Positions 12,421 to 26,200 of a DNA stretch of 64,000 nucleotides are shown in pieces (the stretch's first letter is position 1; each line of letters starts with the position of its first letter). The notes below the pieces were generated by a model. The model saw nothing but the letters and a program-made list of their open reading frames with translations, searched no databases and was not told the DNA's origin. The stretch spans positions 167,834,001 through 167,898,000 of the forward strand of contig OZ024741.1 in assembly GCA_964016885.1 (NCBI GenBank), read 5' to 3'. Both the position numbers and the translations under genes were made by a program. Origin of the DNA: Eledone cirrhosa (lineage: Eukaryota).

Positions 12421-13299
12421 TTTGTCAGATGCTCTGTTTGGCCACATCAAATGTTGAACTTGTGGTCTCTTTAAAATCTCTCAGGAAGGTATAATACCTA
12501 GGAAAATAAACCGAGGATGCATCATTGGTTGATTGAGTGATCAGATCCTAAAATGGTCTCAGTGTTTATCATTGGCAGACTTCAATGCAATGACAATGAA
12601 TAGGAATACATTAAGAAAATGTGTTCATATTTTGTTCTCTGCTGTAAGCAGCAACAATTAAAATAAATCTAACAATTCTATTAATCCTCTGCTCTGTGAA
12701 GTGAGTTAATATCAATGGCATAATATAATGATGTGTGAAAGTATAGAGGTTACAGTCAGAATTTTGATAAATTTCCATTTCGTGACATATAAGACCATAA
12801 GTGAATGTGAAATATGATTTCTCATAATTCTTAATAACAAATGTCTCTGTTTACAACAGCCATTAAATATATTTCTTCTGATCAAGAGAGACTATAGTAG
12901 TCAATCAGTTTTAACCTACTCTGAGATACTCTTCTTGCTTATAACATACATCTTTGTTGGTTACACACTACATTTAACAACAATTTACTCATTGTTATGC
13001 TGTGTTATGCTGAATCTCTATGACAACTATGTTAAGGATACACATGATTAATGACTTAAAATGAGATGTGAAATACAATAGTTACAAAAAAATACCCTCT
13101 TCCTTATTTTGAGGATAAAAAAAAGAAAAAAAAATGAGTTGAAAAACATTCTATAAACTCCTAGATGGTCACTCATTAGATATAACAGCCAAACCTCCTT
13201 CACATTGAATCAACTGGAATTCTGGTCATCAAAACTGACAGAAGTCTAGTACTAGCACCATCCCAGCTTGACCAGCTCTTTTTGTCTATAATTATTGTT

Positions 13300-13745
13300 A
13301 CGAGTCGTCTCCCCTGATTATCGTCCAGCAGTGAGTGAGCCCGAAGGAAGTTTGCTCCAATGATAGGCTGATGGGCATCAGCAATGGTGAATGTCCATGT
13401 ATATTACTGTGAGCCTCCGTGGAGGGAGATAGTACGGTATCTGTAAGCTTTGATTGTAGAATCATTGGCAGCTGCCACTGACTCCCCTCTCCATCACGGA
13501 GGTCGTTTGCAGATGCTGGGATGACACTGACTTCTACTTCTGTGTTCGATTAAGAATCTGACTGGAGATCTGAACATAGACATACAGGACAGTTGATCAT
13601 GTTTGCTGACCACCAGGGTGTTTATTGGTGGTTGGTCCTAGAGTTTCTCCCGGAGTCGATGATGAAGAGCTATTGAAGTTACATGGTTACTTGGTATCTT
13701 TTGCTTCAAATTTCTTATGAAAGAAACACATATCACTTTACGTGA
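13300..13745 (-). mobile_element. Ty3/Gypsy gag C-terminus and aspartic protease relic
   Basis: Minus strand gives CFFHKKF..PCNF (gag), then, with a frameshift, RFLI(D)TEVEVSVIP..AAANDSTIKAY..YTWTFTIADAHQPIIGANFLRAH. This matches the Gypsy protease pattern FLIDTGAEVSVIP...IIGADFL. Confidence 0.8.
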
Positions 13746-14034
13746 CCTCATTGTCTTGTAGTTGACCTCGTGGTGTTGATTCTCCGTCATTAGACCCTTT
13801 TCCGCCTCTTTCCCACACTTTCACACTTCGTATCCCTCTTTACCCATTTTCCCTACTTTTCCCCATTTTTTAACTTCTCTTTCCCTATTTCTTTAACCTG
13901 CTTCCTCCCTCCTCTTTTCCATCCTTCCTTCCCTTGATGTTTCTCCTCCCCTTCTTCCACTTCTGCCTCTTCCAACCCATTCTTTCCCTACCCCCTTTAC
14001 TCCACTTCCTACCCTCTTTCTTCCTTTCTTGATT

Positions 14035-17000
14035 TCACCCACCACTTTACCTACCACATTGCCCACAATAATTATTTTACCTACCACATTGCCCACAATA
14101 ATTATTTTACCTACCACTTTACCCACAATAATTATTTTACCTACCACTTTACCCACAATAATTATTTTACCTACCACTTTACACACAATAATTATTTTAG
14201 CTACCACTTTACCCACAATAATTATTTTAGCTACCACATTACCCACAATAATTATTTTAGCTACCACTTTACCCACAATAATTATTTTATCTACCACTTT
14301 ACCCACAATAATTATTTTATCTACCAGTTTACCCACAATAATTATTTTAGCTACCACTTTACCCACAATTATTTTACCTACCACTTTACACACAATAATT
14401 ATTTTATCTACCACTTTACCCACAATAATTATTTTAGCTACCACTTTACCCACAATAATTATTTTATCTACCACTTTACCCACAATAATTATTTTATCTA
14501 CCACTTTACCCACAATAATTATTTTAGCTACCACTTTACCCACAATAATTATTTTACCTACCACTTTACACACACTAATTATTTTAGCTACCACTTTACC
14601 CACAATAATTATTTTAGCTACCACTTTACCCACAATAATTATTTTATCTACCACTTTAGCCACAATAATTATTTTATCTACCACTTTACCCACAATAATT
14701 ATTTTAGCTACCACTTTACCCACAATAATTATTTTATCTACCACTTTACCCACAATAATTATTTTAGCTACCACTTTACCCACAATAATTATTTTATCTA
14801 CCACTTTACCCACAATAATTATTTTATCTACCAGTTTACCCACAATAATTATTTTAGCTACCACTTTACCCACAATAATTATTTTACCTACCACTTTACA
14901 CACAATAATTATTTTATCTACCACTTTACCCACAATAATTATTTTAGCTACCACTTTACCCACAATAATTATTTTATCTACCACTTTACCCACAATAATT
15001 ATTTTATCTACCACTTTACCCACAATAATTATTTTAGCTACCACTTTACCCACAATAATTATTTTAGCTACCACTTTACCCACAATAATTATTTTATCTA
15101 CCACTTTACCCACAATAATTATTTTAGCTACCACTTTACCCACAATAATTATTTTATCTACCACTTTACACACAATAATTATTTTATCTACCAGTTTACC
15201 CACAATAATTATTTTAGCTACCACTTTACCCACAATAATTATTTTATCTACCACTTTACCCACAATAATTATTTTATCTACCAGTTTACCCACAATAATT
15301 ATTTTAGCTACCACTTTACCCACAATAATTATTTTACCTACCACTTTACACACAATAATTATTTTATCTACCACTTTACCCACAATAATTATTTTATCTA
15401 CCACTTTACCCACAATAATTATTTTACCTACCACTTTACACACAATAATTATTTTATCTACCACTTTACCCACAATAATTATTTTAGCTACCACTTTACA
15501 CACACTAATTATTTTATCTACCACTTTACCCACAATAATTATTTTATCTACCACTTTACCCACAATAATTATTTTAGCTACCACTTTACACACAATAATT
15601 ATTTTAGCTACCACATTACCCACAATAATTATTTTAGCTACCACATTACCCACAATAATTATTTTAGCTACCACATTACCCACAATAATTATTTTAGCTA
15701 CCACTTTACCCACAATAATTATTTTACCTACCACTTTACACACAATAATTATTTTAGCTACCACTTTACCCACAATAATTATTTTAGCTACCACTTTACC
15801 CACAATAATTATTTTATCTACCACTTTACCCACAATAATTATTTTATCTACCACTTTACCCACAATAATTATTTTAGCTACCACTTTACACACAATAATT
15901 ATTTTACCTACCACTTTACACACAATAATTATTTTAGCTACCACTTTACCCACAATAATTATTTTAGCTACCACATTACCCACAATAATTATTTTATCTA
16001 CCACTTTACCCACAATAATTATTTTATCTACCAGTTTACCCACAATAATTATTTTAGCTACCACTTTACCCACAATTATTTTACCTACCACTTTACACAC
16101 AATAATTATTTTATCTACCACTTTACCCACAATAATTATTTTAGCTACCACTTTACCCACAATAATTATTTTATCTACCACTTTACCCACAATAATTATT
16201 TTATCTACCACTTTACCCACAATAATTATTTTAGCTACCACTTTACCCACAATAATTATTTTACCTACCACTTTACACACACTAATTATTTTAGCTACCA
16301 CTTTACCCACAATAATTATTTTAGCTACCACTTTACCCACAATAATTATTTTATCTACCACTTTAGCCACAATAATTATTTTATCTACCACTTTACCCAC
16401 AATAATTATTTTAGCTACCACTTTACCCACAATAATTATTTTATCTACCACTTTACCCACAATAATTATTTTAGCTACCACTTTACCCACAATAATTATT
16501 TTATCTACCACTTTACCCACAATAATTATTTTATCTACCAGTTTACCCACAATAATTATTTTAGCTACCACTTTACCCACAATAATTATTTTACCTACCA
16601 CTTTACACAATAATTATTTTATCTACCACTTTACCCACAATAATTATTTTATCTACCACTTTACCCACAATAATTATTTTATCTACCACTTTACCCACAA
16701 TAATTATTTTAGCTACCACTTTACCCACAATAATTATTTTAGCTACCACTTTACCCACAATAATTATTTTATCTACCACTTTACCCACAATAATTATTTT
16801 AGCTACCACTTTACCCACAATAATTATTTTATCTACCACTTTACACACAATAATTATTTTATCTACCAGTTTACCCACAATAATTATTTTAGCTACCACT
16901 TTACCCACAATAATTATTTTATCTACCACTTTACCCACAATAATTATTTTATCTACCAGTTTACCCACAATAATTATTTTAGCTACCACTTTACCCACAA

Positions 17001-17660
17001 TAATTATTTTACCTACCACTTTACACACAATAATTATTTTATCTACCACTTTACCCACAATAATTATTTTATCTACCACTTTACCCACAATAATTATTTT
17101 ACCTACCACTTTACACACAATAATTATTTTATCTACCACTTTACCCACAATAATTATTTTAGCTACCACTTTACACACACTAATTATTTTATCTACCACT
17201 TTACCCACAATAATTATTTTATCTACCACTTTACCCACAATAATTATTTTAGCTACCACTTTACACACAATAATTATTTTAGCTACCACATTACCCACAA
17301 TAATTATTTTAGCTACCACATTACCCACAATAATTATTTTAGCTACCACTTTACCCACAATAATTATTTTACCTACCACTTTACACACAATAATTATTTT
17401 AGCTACCACTTTACCCACAATAATTATTTTAGCTACCACTTTACCCACAATAATTATTTTATCTACCACTTTACCCACAATAATTATTTTATCTACCACT
17501 TTACCCACAATAATTATTTTAGCTACCACTTTACACACAATAATTATTTTATCTACCACTTTACCCACAATAATTATTTTAGCTACCACATTACCCACAA
17601 TAATTATTTTATCTACCACTACCCACAATAATAATTTTACCCACCATTTACCCACAATAA
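14035..17660. repeat. 30-bp minisatellite, ~120 units (CCCACAATAATTATTTTA[G/T/C]CTACCACTTTA)
   Basis: Directly visible. It produces the 905, 1200 and 350 aa decapeptide-repeat ORFs. Confidence 0.98.
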
Positions 17661-19577
17661 TCCATTTTGTATTTGAGGGGGGAGTCTGTTTTTTATTTGG
17701 GGGGGATCCATTTTTATTTGGGGGAGGTCTGTTTTTTAATGGGGGGGGGGGCGTTTTTTATTTTGGGAGGATCCATTTTTTATTTGGCGGTCCGTTTTTT
17801 ATTTGGGGGTACCTTTTTTATTTGGTGGGCGGGGTCCGTTTTTTATTTGGGTGTCCGTTTTTCATTTCGGGCGTCCGATTTTTATTTGGGGGGGGGGGGG
17901 TCCGTTTTTTATTTGGGGGATTCATTTTTCATTTGGGGAGTTCAATTTTTTATTTGGCGGTCCGTTTTTTATTTGGGGGAGGGGGATCCTTTTTTTATTT
18001 TTTTGGGGGGGATCCGTTTTTTATTTGAGGGAGGGATCTGTTTTTTATTTGTGGGGGTTCCGTTTTTTATTTGCGGGTGACCTTTTTTTATTTGGAGTAT
18101 CCGTATTTTATTTATTAACGAGCTGGACAAGATATGAAAGAGCAGGAAGTTCACCCTCAAAACAAAGATGAGATTCTACAACAGCAACGTGCTGTCCACA
18201 CTCTTGTACGGAAGTGAAACATGGCACCTTAAGACCAGCCAAGAGAAGAAGTTGAACGCATTCGATTCCAGATGTCTGCGAAAGATCCTGGGGATCAAAT
18301 GGAGTGACCATATAACAAACCAGGAAGTCAGGAACCGCACCAACCAGCAGCTAGTCTCTTCTACCATCTGCAAGCGATGCCTGGGCTGGTTTGGACACGC
18401 TTTGAGACTTCCCCCGGAGAGACTGGCGAAACAAGTACTTAAATGGAGCCCGCAGGGAAGCAGACGGAGAGGGTGACCCAAAATGAACTGGCGCCAGACA
18501 GTTGTGAGGGACCTGCGAGCGACAAACAGACAATGGCGTCTGTTTTTTTATTTTGGGCTGATCCGTTTTATTTCGGGGTCCGTTTTTTATTCGAAAGGAT
18601 CCGTTTTTTATTTGGGGTGGGGTTCCGTTATTTATTTGGAGGATCCATTTTTTATTGGGGGGGGGGGGTCCGTTTTTATTTCGAAGGATCCGTTTTTTAT
18701 TTGGGGAGAACCATTTTATATTTGGGTGGGTCCGTATTTTATTTGTGGGTCCGTTTTTAATTTGGGAGGATCCATTTTTTATTTAGGGGGGGGGGGGGTC
18801 CGTTTTTTATTTGGGGGAGGGGGCTCGGTTTTTTTTATTCGGGGGGGAGGGGTCCGTTTTTATTTGGGGTGATCCGTTTTTTATTTGGACGGGTCCATTT
18901 TTTATTTGGGCGGGTCCGTTTTTTATTTGGGGGTTTCCATTTTTTTTTGGGGGGGGGAGAGGTCCGTTTTTTATTTGGATGGGTGTCCTTTTTTATTTGG
19001 GGGATCCGTTTTTATTTGAAGGGGTCCGATTTTTATTTGAAGGGGTCCGTTTCTTATTTGGGGGTCCGATTTTTTTAGGGGTCCGTTATTTATTTGGGGG
19101 TCCGTTTGTTATTTTTATGGTCCGTTTTTTATTTGGTGGGCGGTCTATTTTTTGTTTGGAGGGATCCGTTTTGTCTTGGGGGGGATCCGTCCATTTTTTA
19201 TTTGGGGAGTCCGTTTTTTATTTGGGGTCCGTTTTTTATATGGGGGTTGGGGGCGTTGTTTATTTGAGGGGGGCGTCTTTTATTTTTTGGGATCCGTTTT
19301 TTATTTGGGGGTTCCGTTTTTTACTTGGGGGTCCGTTTTTTATTTGGGGGATCAGTTTTTTATTTGGGGGTCCATTTTTATTTGGAGGGGTCCGTTTTTT
19401 ATTTGGGGGTCCGTTTTTTATTGGTGGGGGGGGGGGGGGGTCCGCTTCTTATTGGCGGGTGGGTCCATTTTTTATTTGGGGGTATCCGTTTTTTATTGGG
19501 GGGATCCGTTTTTCATTTGGGGGCGTCCGTATTTTATTTGGGCGGGGGGCGTTTTATACTTGGGGGGATCCGTTTTT
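17661..19577. repeat. Degenerate ~20-bp G/T-rich satellite (GGGGGTCCGTTTTTTATTT)n
   Basis: Repeated ggtccgttttttatttgggg units with variable G and T runs; interrupted at 18118-18537. Confidence 0.9.
18118..18537 (+). mobile_element. RTE LINE C-terminal fragment embedded in satellite
   Basis: MRFYNSNVLSTLLYGSETW..AFDSRCLRKILGIKW..WFGHALR..GSRRRG. Confidence 0.9.
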
Positions 19578-19820
19578 TACCCACAATAATTATTTTGTCT
19601 ACCATTTTACCCACAATTATTTTGCCTACCATTTTACCCACAATAATTATTTTATCTACAATAATCAGTTTACCCACCACATTACCCACAATACTTATTT
19701 TACCTACCACTTTACCCACAATAATCATTTTACCTACCACTTTACCCACAATAATCATTTTACCTACCACTACCCACAATAATCATTTTACCCACCATAT
19801 TACCCACAATAATTATTTAT
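19578..19820. repeat. Distal remnant of the 30-bp minisatellite
   Basis: Same unit as 14035-17660, more diverged. Confidence 0.9.
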
Positions 19821-19824
19821 TGTG

Positions 19825-20215
19825 TCCAGCGATTCTTTACTGAGACATTCTAACCATATGCTCATAATATCGGAGTTGTGATCTCTCAATTCAGACTCTC
19901 TGGTCTCTGAGTTATGCACTTTATCGAGTAATCCCATTTCTGCTACTTTTATTTGCAATTGTATTCTTTTGGTCATTACTCAAGATTCATGATCCTCGGT
20001 AAGAGTTGGTAGGAATACCAGGAAGACAGCGAGTTTGGCTTTTACACTTATCCCCCTTTCATCTGATTGCTGAGGCTGGCGTATTACTGCATCAGCTTTT
20101 GCAATTCTTGCACTTAATTCAGCCTCCTGCATTCCATCACTCATGAACACAGCTCCAAGATACTTGTACTTCTCTAACTGCTTCAGTAGAACTCCATTCA
20201 CATGTATATAAATTT
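19825..20215 (-). mobile_element. RTE-like LINE fragment (same family as 29340-30085)
   Basis: KYKYLGAVFMSDG.QEAELSARIAKA..KAKLAVF..PTLT..HES. Confidence 0.8.
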
Positions 20216-20336
20216 GAGGGACTTCTGTCCACCCGTCCATCACGCAATGGGATACACACATATATATGTCTAATTTAAACACACAAGAACGCCGACAAAC
20301 TCACGCGCGCGCACATACACACACTGTCCTATTACC

Positions 20337-20780
20337 ACTCAAGAGCTTTGGTCCGGGAAAACATCCCCTCAATTTTGGAACCGTCTGGGTTTTCCTGAAT
20401 TGATGGGAAAAGACTTGATGATCTTACTCTGTGCTCCTGGTCAAGAGGCAGGTGCCTTAGCTGGGACGTCACAGTTAGTGACTCTTTTACTTCTTCCCAC
20501 ATTCTAGATGCAGCGGTAAGGGCGAGAGCTACAGCATCCGCAGCTGAACGGAACAAAATCCTAAAATACCGTGTTCTATCAGCTAACTACATTATCCAGC
20601 CTGTGGCGTTTGGGGGAGTCGGGTTACTGACAGCAAGATTCTTATCTTCACTGGCGGCTCGCCAAACAGAGATAACTGGTGATGCTGGTGAGGGCACTTG
20701 GTTGTTCCAGGACCTCAGCCTCGCCATCACCCCGGGTAACGCTGCGAGCGTGCTGGCCTGCCTCAAAAATTATTAGAGAG
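20337..20780 (+). mobile_element. CRE-clade-like non-LTR retrotransposon, restriction-like endonuclease C-terminus
   Basis: RAL..NIPSILEPSG...DGKRLDDLTLCSWSRGRCLSWDVT..AAERNKILKY..PVAF..LSLAI.RGNAASVL, matching the CRE REL pattern (GKRPDG..W..G..WD.T..K..KY..RGNAA). Confidence 0.75.
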
Positions 20781-21879
20781 GTTTCCCAGTGCTCCTCGCT
20801 ATATTGCTATCTTTTGCACTGGTAGCAGCTGGTTTTTCCAATCTTTCACCTGCATATTGTTCTGTGGCCTAAGATGTGTGTATTACCTGCTTGTGTATTT
20901 TTTTCTCTTTCTTTTTTTCCTTTCCCTTTCCTTTGTATATATTATACTAGCTGAGCTACCCGGTGATACCCAGGTATTTTATGAAAGTTACAAAATATAT
21001 TTGGCACACATTACTAAATATTTGACCATTCAAATATGATTTCTGAATTTTAACCAAAGTAGGAATCATAGCAGAATATTTATTGCCGTTTGGTCAAAGT
21101 AAATCATCTAGGTAAAAATATTAGTTTTTCCAGTGGTGATTTTTTGAATATTACAGTCAGCATATACAATGTTTTACTCATAGATGAATCATTAGGTATG
21201 TTGTCAGGGCATGACCAAAAAAATACATTTAGATTTTTTTTATTTATCCTTTTCTTTCTTTTTTGCTCAATCTGAACCTCTGAAATTCAAACAACATGTA
21301 AAGACTATTTTAAAAACCATAAATAAAATAAATTTAGCATTGGTTTATGATTAAATGAAGCATTTACTTACTCATTTCTGTAATTCGGGGAAAGTGTATT
21401 TAAATTTGTACACTGTAGCTTTCACCAATCTTTGCCTCTATGGCAGTAGGATCTTGTTTGAGGGAGATTTGTTTTCTATTTCTATTAGCTATACCAACAG
21501 TTATAGTGGCCCACATGACATACATAGATACATACACACACATGTATGTGTGTAAGACAGTTGTTTGTGATTTGAAATGGATTTTGCTAATATTTCTAGT
21601 AGATCGAGTTATCACATAGAACCATTCCTTTTTGCTTCATACATATATACATACCTGAGAAAGTAAGGTGGGATTTGAAGGAAATTGGGCTGTTATTTCT
21701 ACCCAACAAAGTCCTCACTTATACTACTTTATATAGCAGAGGTACCCGGGAATGCCTGCATATTCTTCCAAAGTAACACCATGCAGTAAATTTGCGGCTT
21801 CAGAATTTCTTGCAAACTACATGACTAAGGAATTAGGATCTGTGTGTATTGTCATTGAATGAGGAATTACGACATTGTT

Positions 21880-24800
21880 CATTCCAAAGCCTCTGGATAA
21901 ACAACATTCTTGGTTTTGCCCTGTGAAGCGATAAACAGGGTTCCCAACCCTTGTTGTGCCAACATAGAGTTGACCATGCGAAAAGACAGGATCTGCCAGA
22001 TTCAACCCAACGACTTTCAATGATTGCCCTTGAGATTTATTAATAGCCATAGCAAAACTGAGCCTGATCGGAAATTGAAGTCTTTGAAATTCAAATGGCA
22101 AATCAGTTGGCTTCAGAGGTATTCTGGGAATGAAACAATTGTCACCAGCAATTTTTCCTGACATGATTGCACATCATATTTTTGATGATGAGTCTTGTGC
22201 CATTACAAAGTTTTGGAGGATCCAGATTGCGAAGTAGCATAACCGATGCTCCAAGCTTCAGTATCAGGTTGTGTGAAGGAATTCCCGCTTGTTCAAGACT
22301 GTTCAAAAATTCAGTTGGATAGTTTACAACCTGGTCTTGAAAAGTGATTGTGTCAACTGATTTGTAGCATATTTTCTCTCCTGGTAACATCTCCAGCAGC
22401 CTTCTGTTGATTTCTTTCACAGCAACATTTTTAGGTGCTGAGATTGCTCGTTCACAGAGCCATTTCGGATCACATTGCCTGGTCTGAATGTTTGGAAACA
22501 CTCTGGCAATCAGTTCTTGTTCTGTGTCAATAATATGGCCAAATGACAACTGAATATGGTCATTGGAGTCCTTTTCAAGAAGTCCATTTCCCAATTTAAG
22601 TTTCCCAGTTAAGTGCACTCGCATGTTGGTTGTAAGGCTCAGCAGCTGAAAGAGGGGCCAGAGATAGGATGTTTTCAGACAGGCATTGACCTGATCAGCT
22701 CGAGTCCCTCGAAGAATTACAGGCAGAGTTTGTCTGAAATCACCAGCAAGAACCATTGTCACTCCTCCCATTATGCAACTATTTTCTCTCAGATCCAAAT
22801 CTTCAATTGCTCCTTTATGGCTTCATCCCAAATTATCATCTTGCATGTTTGCAGAAGCTTGCCCTTGGGTGAGTTCTTCTTGATGTTGCAAAAAGATTGT
22901 TCATGCCATGTGAGATCTAATGGCAGCTTAAACATAGAGTGTGCAGTTCTTGCTCCATCCAGAAGTGTTGCTGCAATGCCACTTGAAGCCACAGCAAGGG
23001 CAATATGTTGCTTTTGGCGAACTTTTGCAAGCAGGAGGTTTATGAGGAATGTCTTGCCTGTGCCAGCAGGAGCATCGATGAAGAAAAGTCCTCCCCTGTC
23101 ATTTTGAATTTTTTCGATGATGTTGTGGTAGGCGTATTTCTGGTCATCCATCAATTGAGGTTCATTTTCATCCACAAACTTACGCAATGCTTGAATATCG
23201 TCATTTGTCTCCTGAAGAATGTCTTGTGCTACCTTCATTTCTTCATCTGGCTCTGGCATCCCGCAGTTAGCTAATGTGCTATTCATTGCCTGAACTCGAT
23301 GGGACAGGTCACAGAGAGCTTGATTGTAAATTCTGGGGGTATATTCCATATACATATTACCATGATGTCTTCGGGCTAGGTGTAGATAGTCGTCCGACAT
23401 ATTGTTTTTGTACTCCTGCCAGAGTAGATGAGCTTCATCAATTCCACATGCTGTGAGCATAATAGCAAATAATTGTCTTATTTGACTGGCTACTTGAGTG
23501 ATTGCTGCTTCTTCTAGGCACTTCTTCCAGTGTCCATTGTCATGCAGGAGTCCATGCTGTTTACATGCTTCTTGGTATGTTGCACACTCCCTTCCTCTGA
23601 AGCACCTAAGATCCTCAAATGACGTTGGTCCTCGAACAGCATGCAGAAGTAGCAGTAAATAAAAACATTCTCTGTTGTTGGGATGGACATTGTAAACACA
23701 CCCAATAGCATCACTTGACTTGACTTCATGACCTTCCACTAAATGACACTGCTTTCTTCGATTCCAGATCTTGCAATTGGTCCAGGTGTAGTATGTTGGG
23801 ACTTCAGCATATAGGAGGGATCAAGCAAATTCATCATTCTGGCAGAGTTTAAAGAAAGCAGTTAGTGTAGTGTCATGTGATGCTTGTGCCAACTGATGAG
23901 CAGTGATCTCAGTGAAGCACACTCTCTGTCCATTTTTCAGATGGACTGCGAAGTTGACCACTGTTGGGTGGCGTTGGTGGATATCAAATCCAAAGATTCG
24001 CCAGATAGCTTCATTGCTGGAGATGTATCGACCTGTTTGATACCGTTTGACCTCATCCAGTCCACCATTATTGAGTTCTTTGTCAGTAGTAAAGGTAGCC
24101 ATGTCACTGCCCTTGTTGATATATTTTGTGACATATAGGATTGCCTTGACGGAGCTGCAATACTCAACATTGATATGAGCTTTTAAAAGTTTACACAACA
24201 ATTTGTTGTGTGGGACGACCCACTGATTGTTTATGGTCAGCTCCTCTCCTCGAACTGTTAGGCTTGCAGTATTGGCTCCATGTTCTGGTCTACACCTACG
24301 ATAAAGGGGGTATCCATTATTGTCAGTCCGAGTTTCCCGAATAATGTTTGCTGCATTTTTGATCATTCACACAGAGAGAGGCTGGATTGATGACTCCACA
24401 TGGACCATGGATGAGTTTGGACTTGATGGTTTCAAAGAGCTCTGGATCACCACCTTTATCAAGCAACTCTGCTGAAATGATCTTATCAACATCATCTGGT
24501 CTTATCTTCTCCTTGCACCAGATTAGTGTGTGAGAGTGAGGAAGACCTCTCTTCTGCCACTCAATAGTGGTCACCCAAGCACTAAGCTCACCAAAGATTC
24601 TTCCTTCTTTTAGGAGCCAGATGATTTGGGGGGGGGGGGCTTTTCATGGAAAACCCGAGCAATGAGGTCATGTCGATGCTTTGGTTTTTGATTTTGAAAT
24701 AATTCATTTGATATTTCTGACCAGTTTGAATTGCATGTAAATGTAATGAAGAGATCTGGCTGACCAAATTTTCTGACATAGGCCATTGCATCTTGCGTAC

Positions 24801-26200
24801 GTTCATGCATGTAACGTGGTCCTCCCGTGAAGCTTGATGGTAGTATGACTGGCTGGCCAATATTTCTTGGGTCAATATCAGAATTGATGGCATCTCTAAG
24901 GTGGATGTAGTTATCTGCCCTCAACTTAGTTTGATTCCTTCGCAGAAAACCCAATCTTTCTGTTTAAATTTTGGCATACATGTCCACCATGAACTGGCTG
25001 GTTACTTCTTTGAATCGCAGAACTTGGTTGAAGTGATCACGAACCATGAAATGATTATTAAATAATTCTTTGCAGCTGATTGATCAGCCAGTTTCTTGTC
25101 CTGTTCCTGGGCTGATCTGCTGTAGCTGAAAATGATATCCATCTTGACCATTCCAAAATATGAGCGGATATTGGAGTGAATCATAGGCTCTATGAGTTTC
25201 ATAAATTTGCTCCAAATGTCCACTTCGTTTTTGCAAAACAATGTCACGTCGTTCATGTTGTTCATCAACCATTATGATTGCAACTTCATCAGTGATAGGT
25301 GCATTGAATCTGCGTTCATTTTTCTGAAGCTGGACGTTTGTCTGCCCTAATGATGATTTTACGTTCTCTGGTGTTTTTCATATGCTCCAGTGCATATTTA
25401 AATACACTGACGTACATTTGATGTTGGTGAAGAATTTCTTGTAACTTTATGACTATGTAGAACTGCAATCCACCATGGACATTGGTACATCTTTGTTGTG
25501 CTGGTGTTTCATTTCCACCCATGAAGTAAACCTGCACAAATTTGTGAGGCTCCTGTGAAAGTGGCGGAAGGCCACCCATTAAGTGGTAACACTGTCCCTG
25601 AATTTTATAAGTTGTACAGAATCTAAAGTCAGTCATATTTCTGTCAGCCCCAAAAGATGTCATTTTAAAGGCAGAATTATATTTTATGATGTATTTATTG
25701 AAGTGTCGTGCTTCTGGTGTATGCTGAAGGAGCAGATTCTTCAGAAATTCAGGAGGTTCTTGTATTGTTTTAAGGCTCACTTTGCCTTTTGAGCAGCATA
25801 AACTTGGTGTTTCTGCTGCCCACTTCTTGGCACCACAATACTGGCAGCATTTGTTCATTTTCCCAAAGATGATTTGGGGATTACTGCTGTAGTCCTTTTG
25901 GGGTTCATAAGAAAAAGTACCCATCATCCAGTTCATTTTACTTGTGGCTTGTTCTCCTGCTCGGGCAGTAGAAACGATGTGCTTGATTAGCATTTCGTCT
26001 GATTTGCTGCTGTTCCTTAATTTGTTGTTCTTGTGTAGCAGCATTCCTTTGTTCTCTTTCATTCCAAATGGTGTGCTCATGCTAAAGCTGTTTGGGCTCT
26101 GTTAGCAGCTAGACAGGCATGCCGAACTGCTGTGTTTTCTTTCTCTTAGCCTCTGAAGATGACCTTCCATATAATGATCTGGAACGTTTTCTAGGGATTT
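21880..26200 (-). pseudogene. Helitron Rep-Helicase (HUH Rep + Pif1-like SF1 helicase), fragmented
   Basis: Zn-finger-like CQYCGA..CCSKG; Rep motifs PDLFITFTCN, EWQKRGLPHSH and YVTKYINKG; helicase motifs [43 protein letters not shown] and SHGQLYV. Split across about 10 ORFs by stops and frameshifts. Confidence 0.95.

Noticed and set aside
13893-17655. 905, 1200 and 350 aa ORFs as mucin-like or beta-solenoid proteins
   Set aside because: They are translations of a stop-free 30-bp minisatellite on both strands, with a non-ATG start, a frameshift near 16608 and no unique domain.
14035-17660. CRISPR array
   Set aside because: Contiguous tandem units with no unique spacers, no cas genes, and a eukaryotic context.
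17667-19843. Gly/Phe-rich ORFs
   Set aside because: Translations of the G/T satellite in several overlapping frames.
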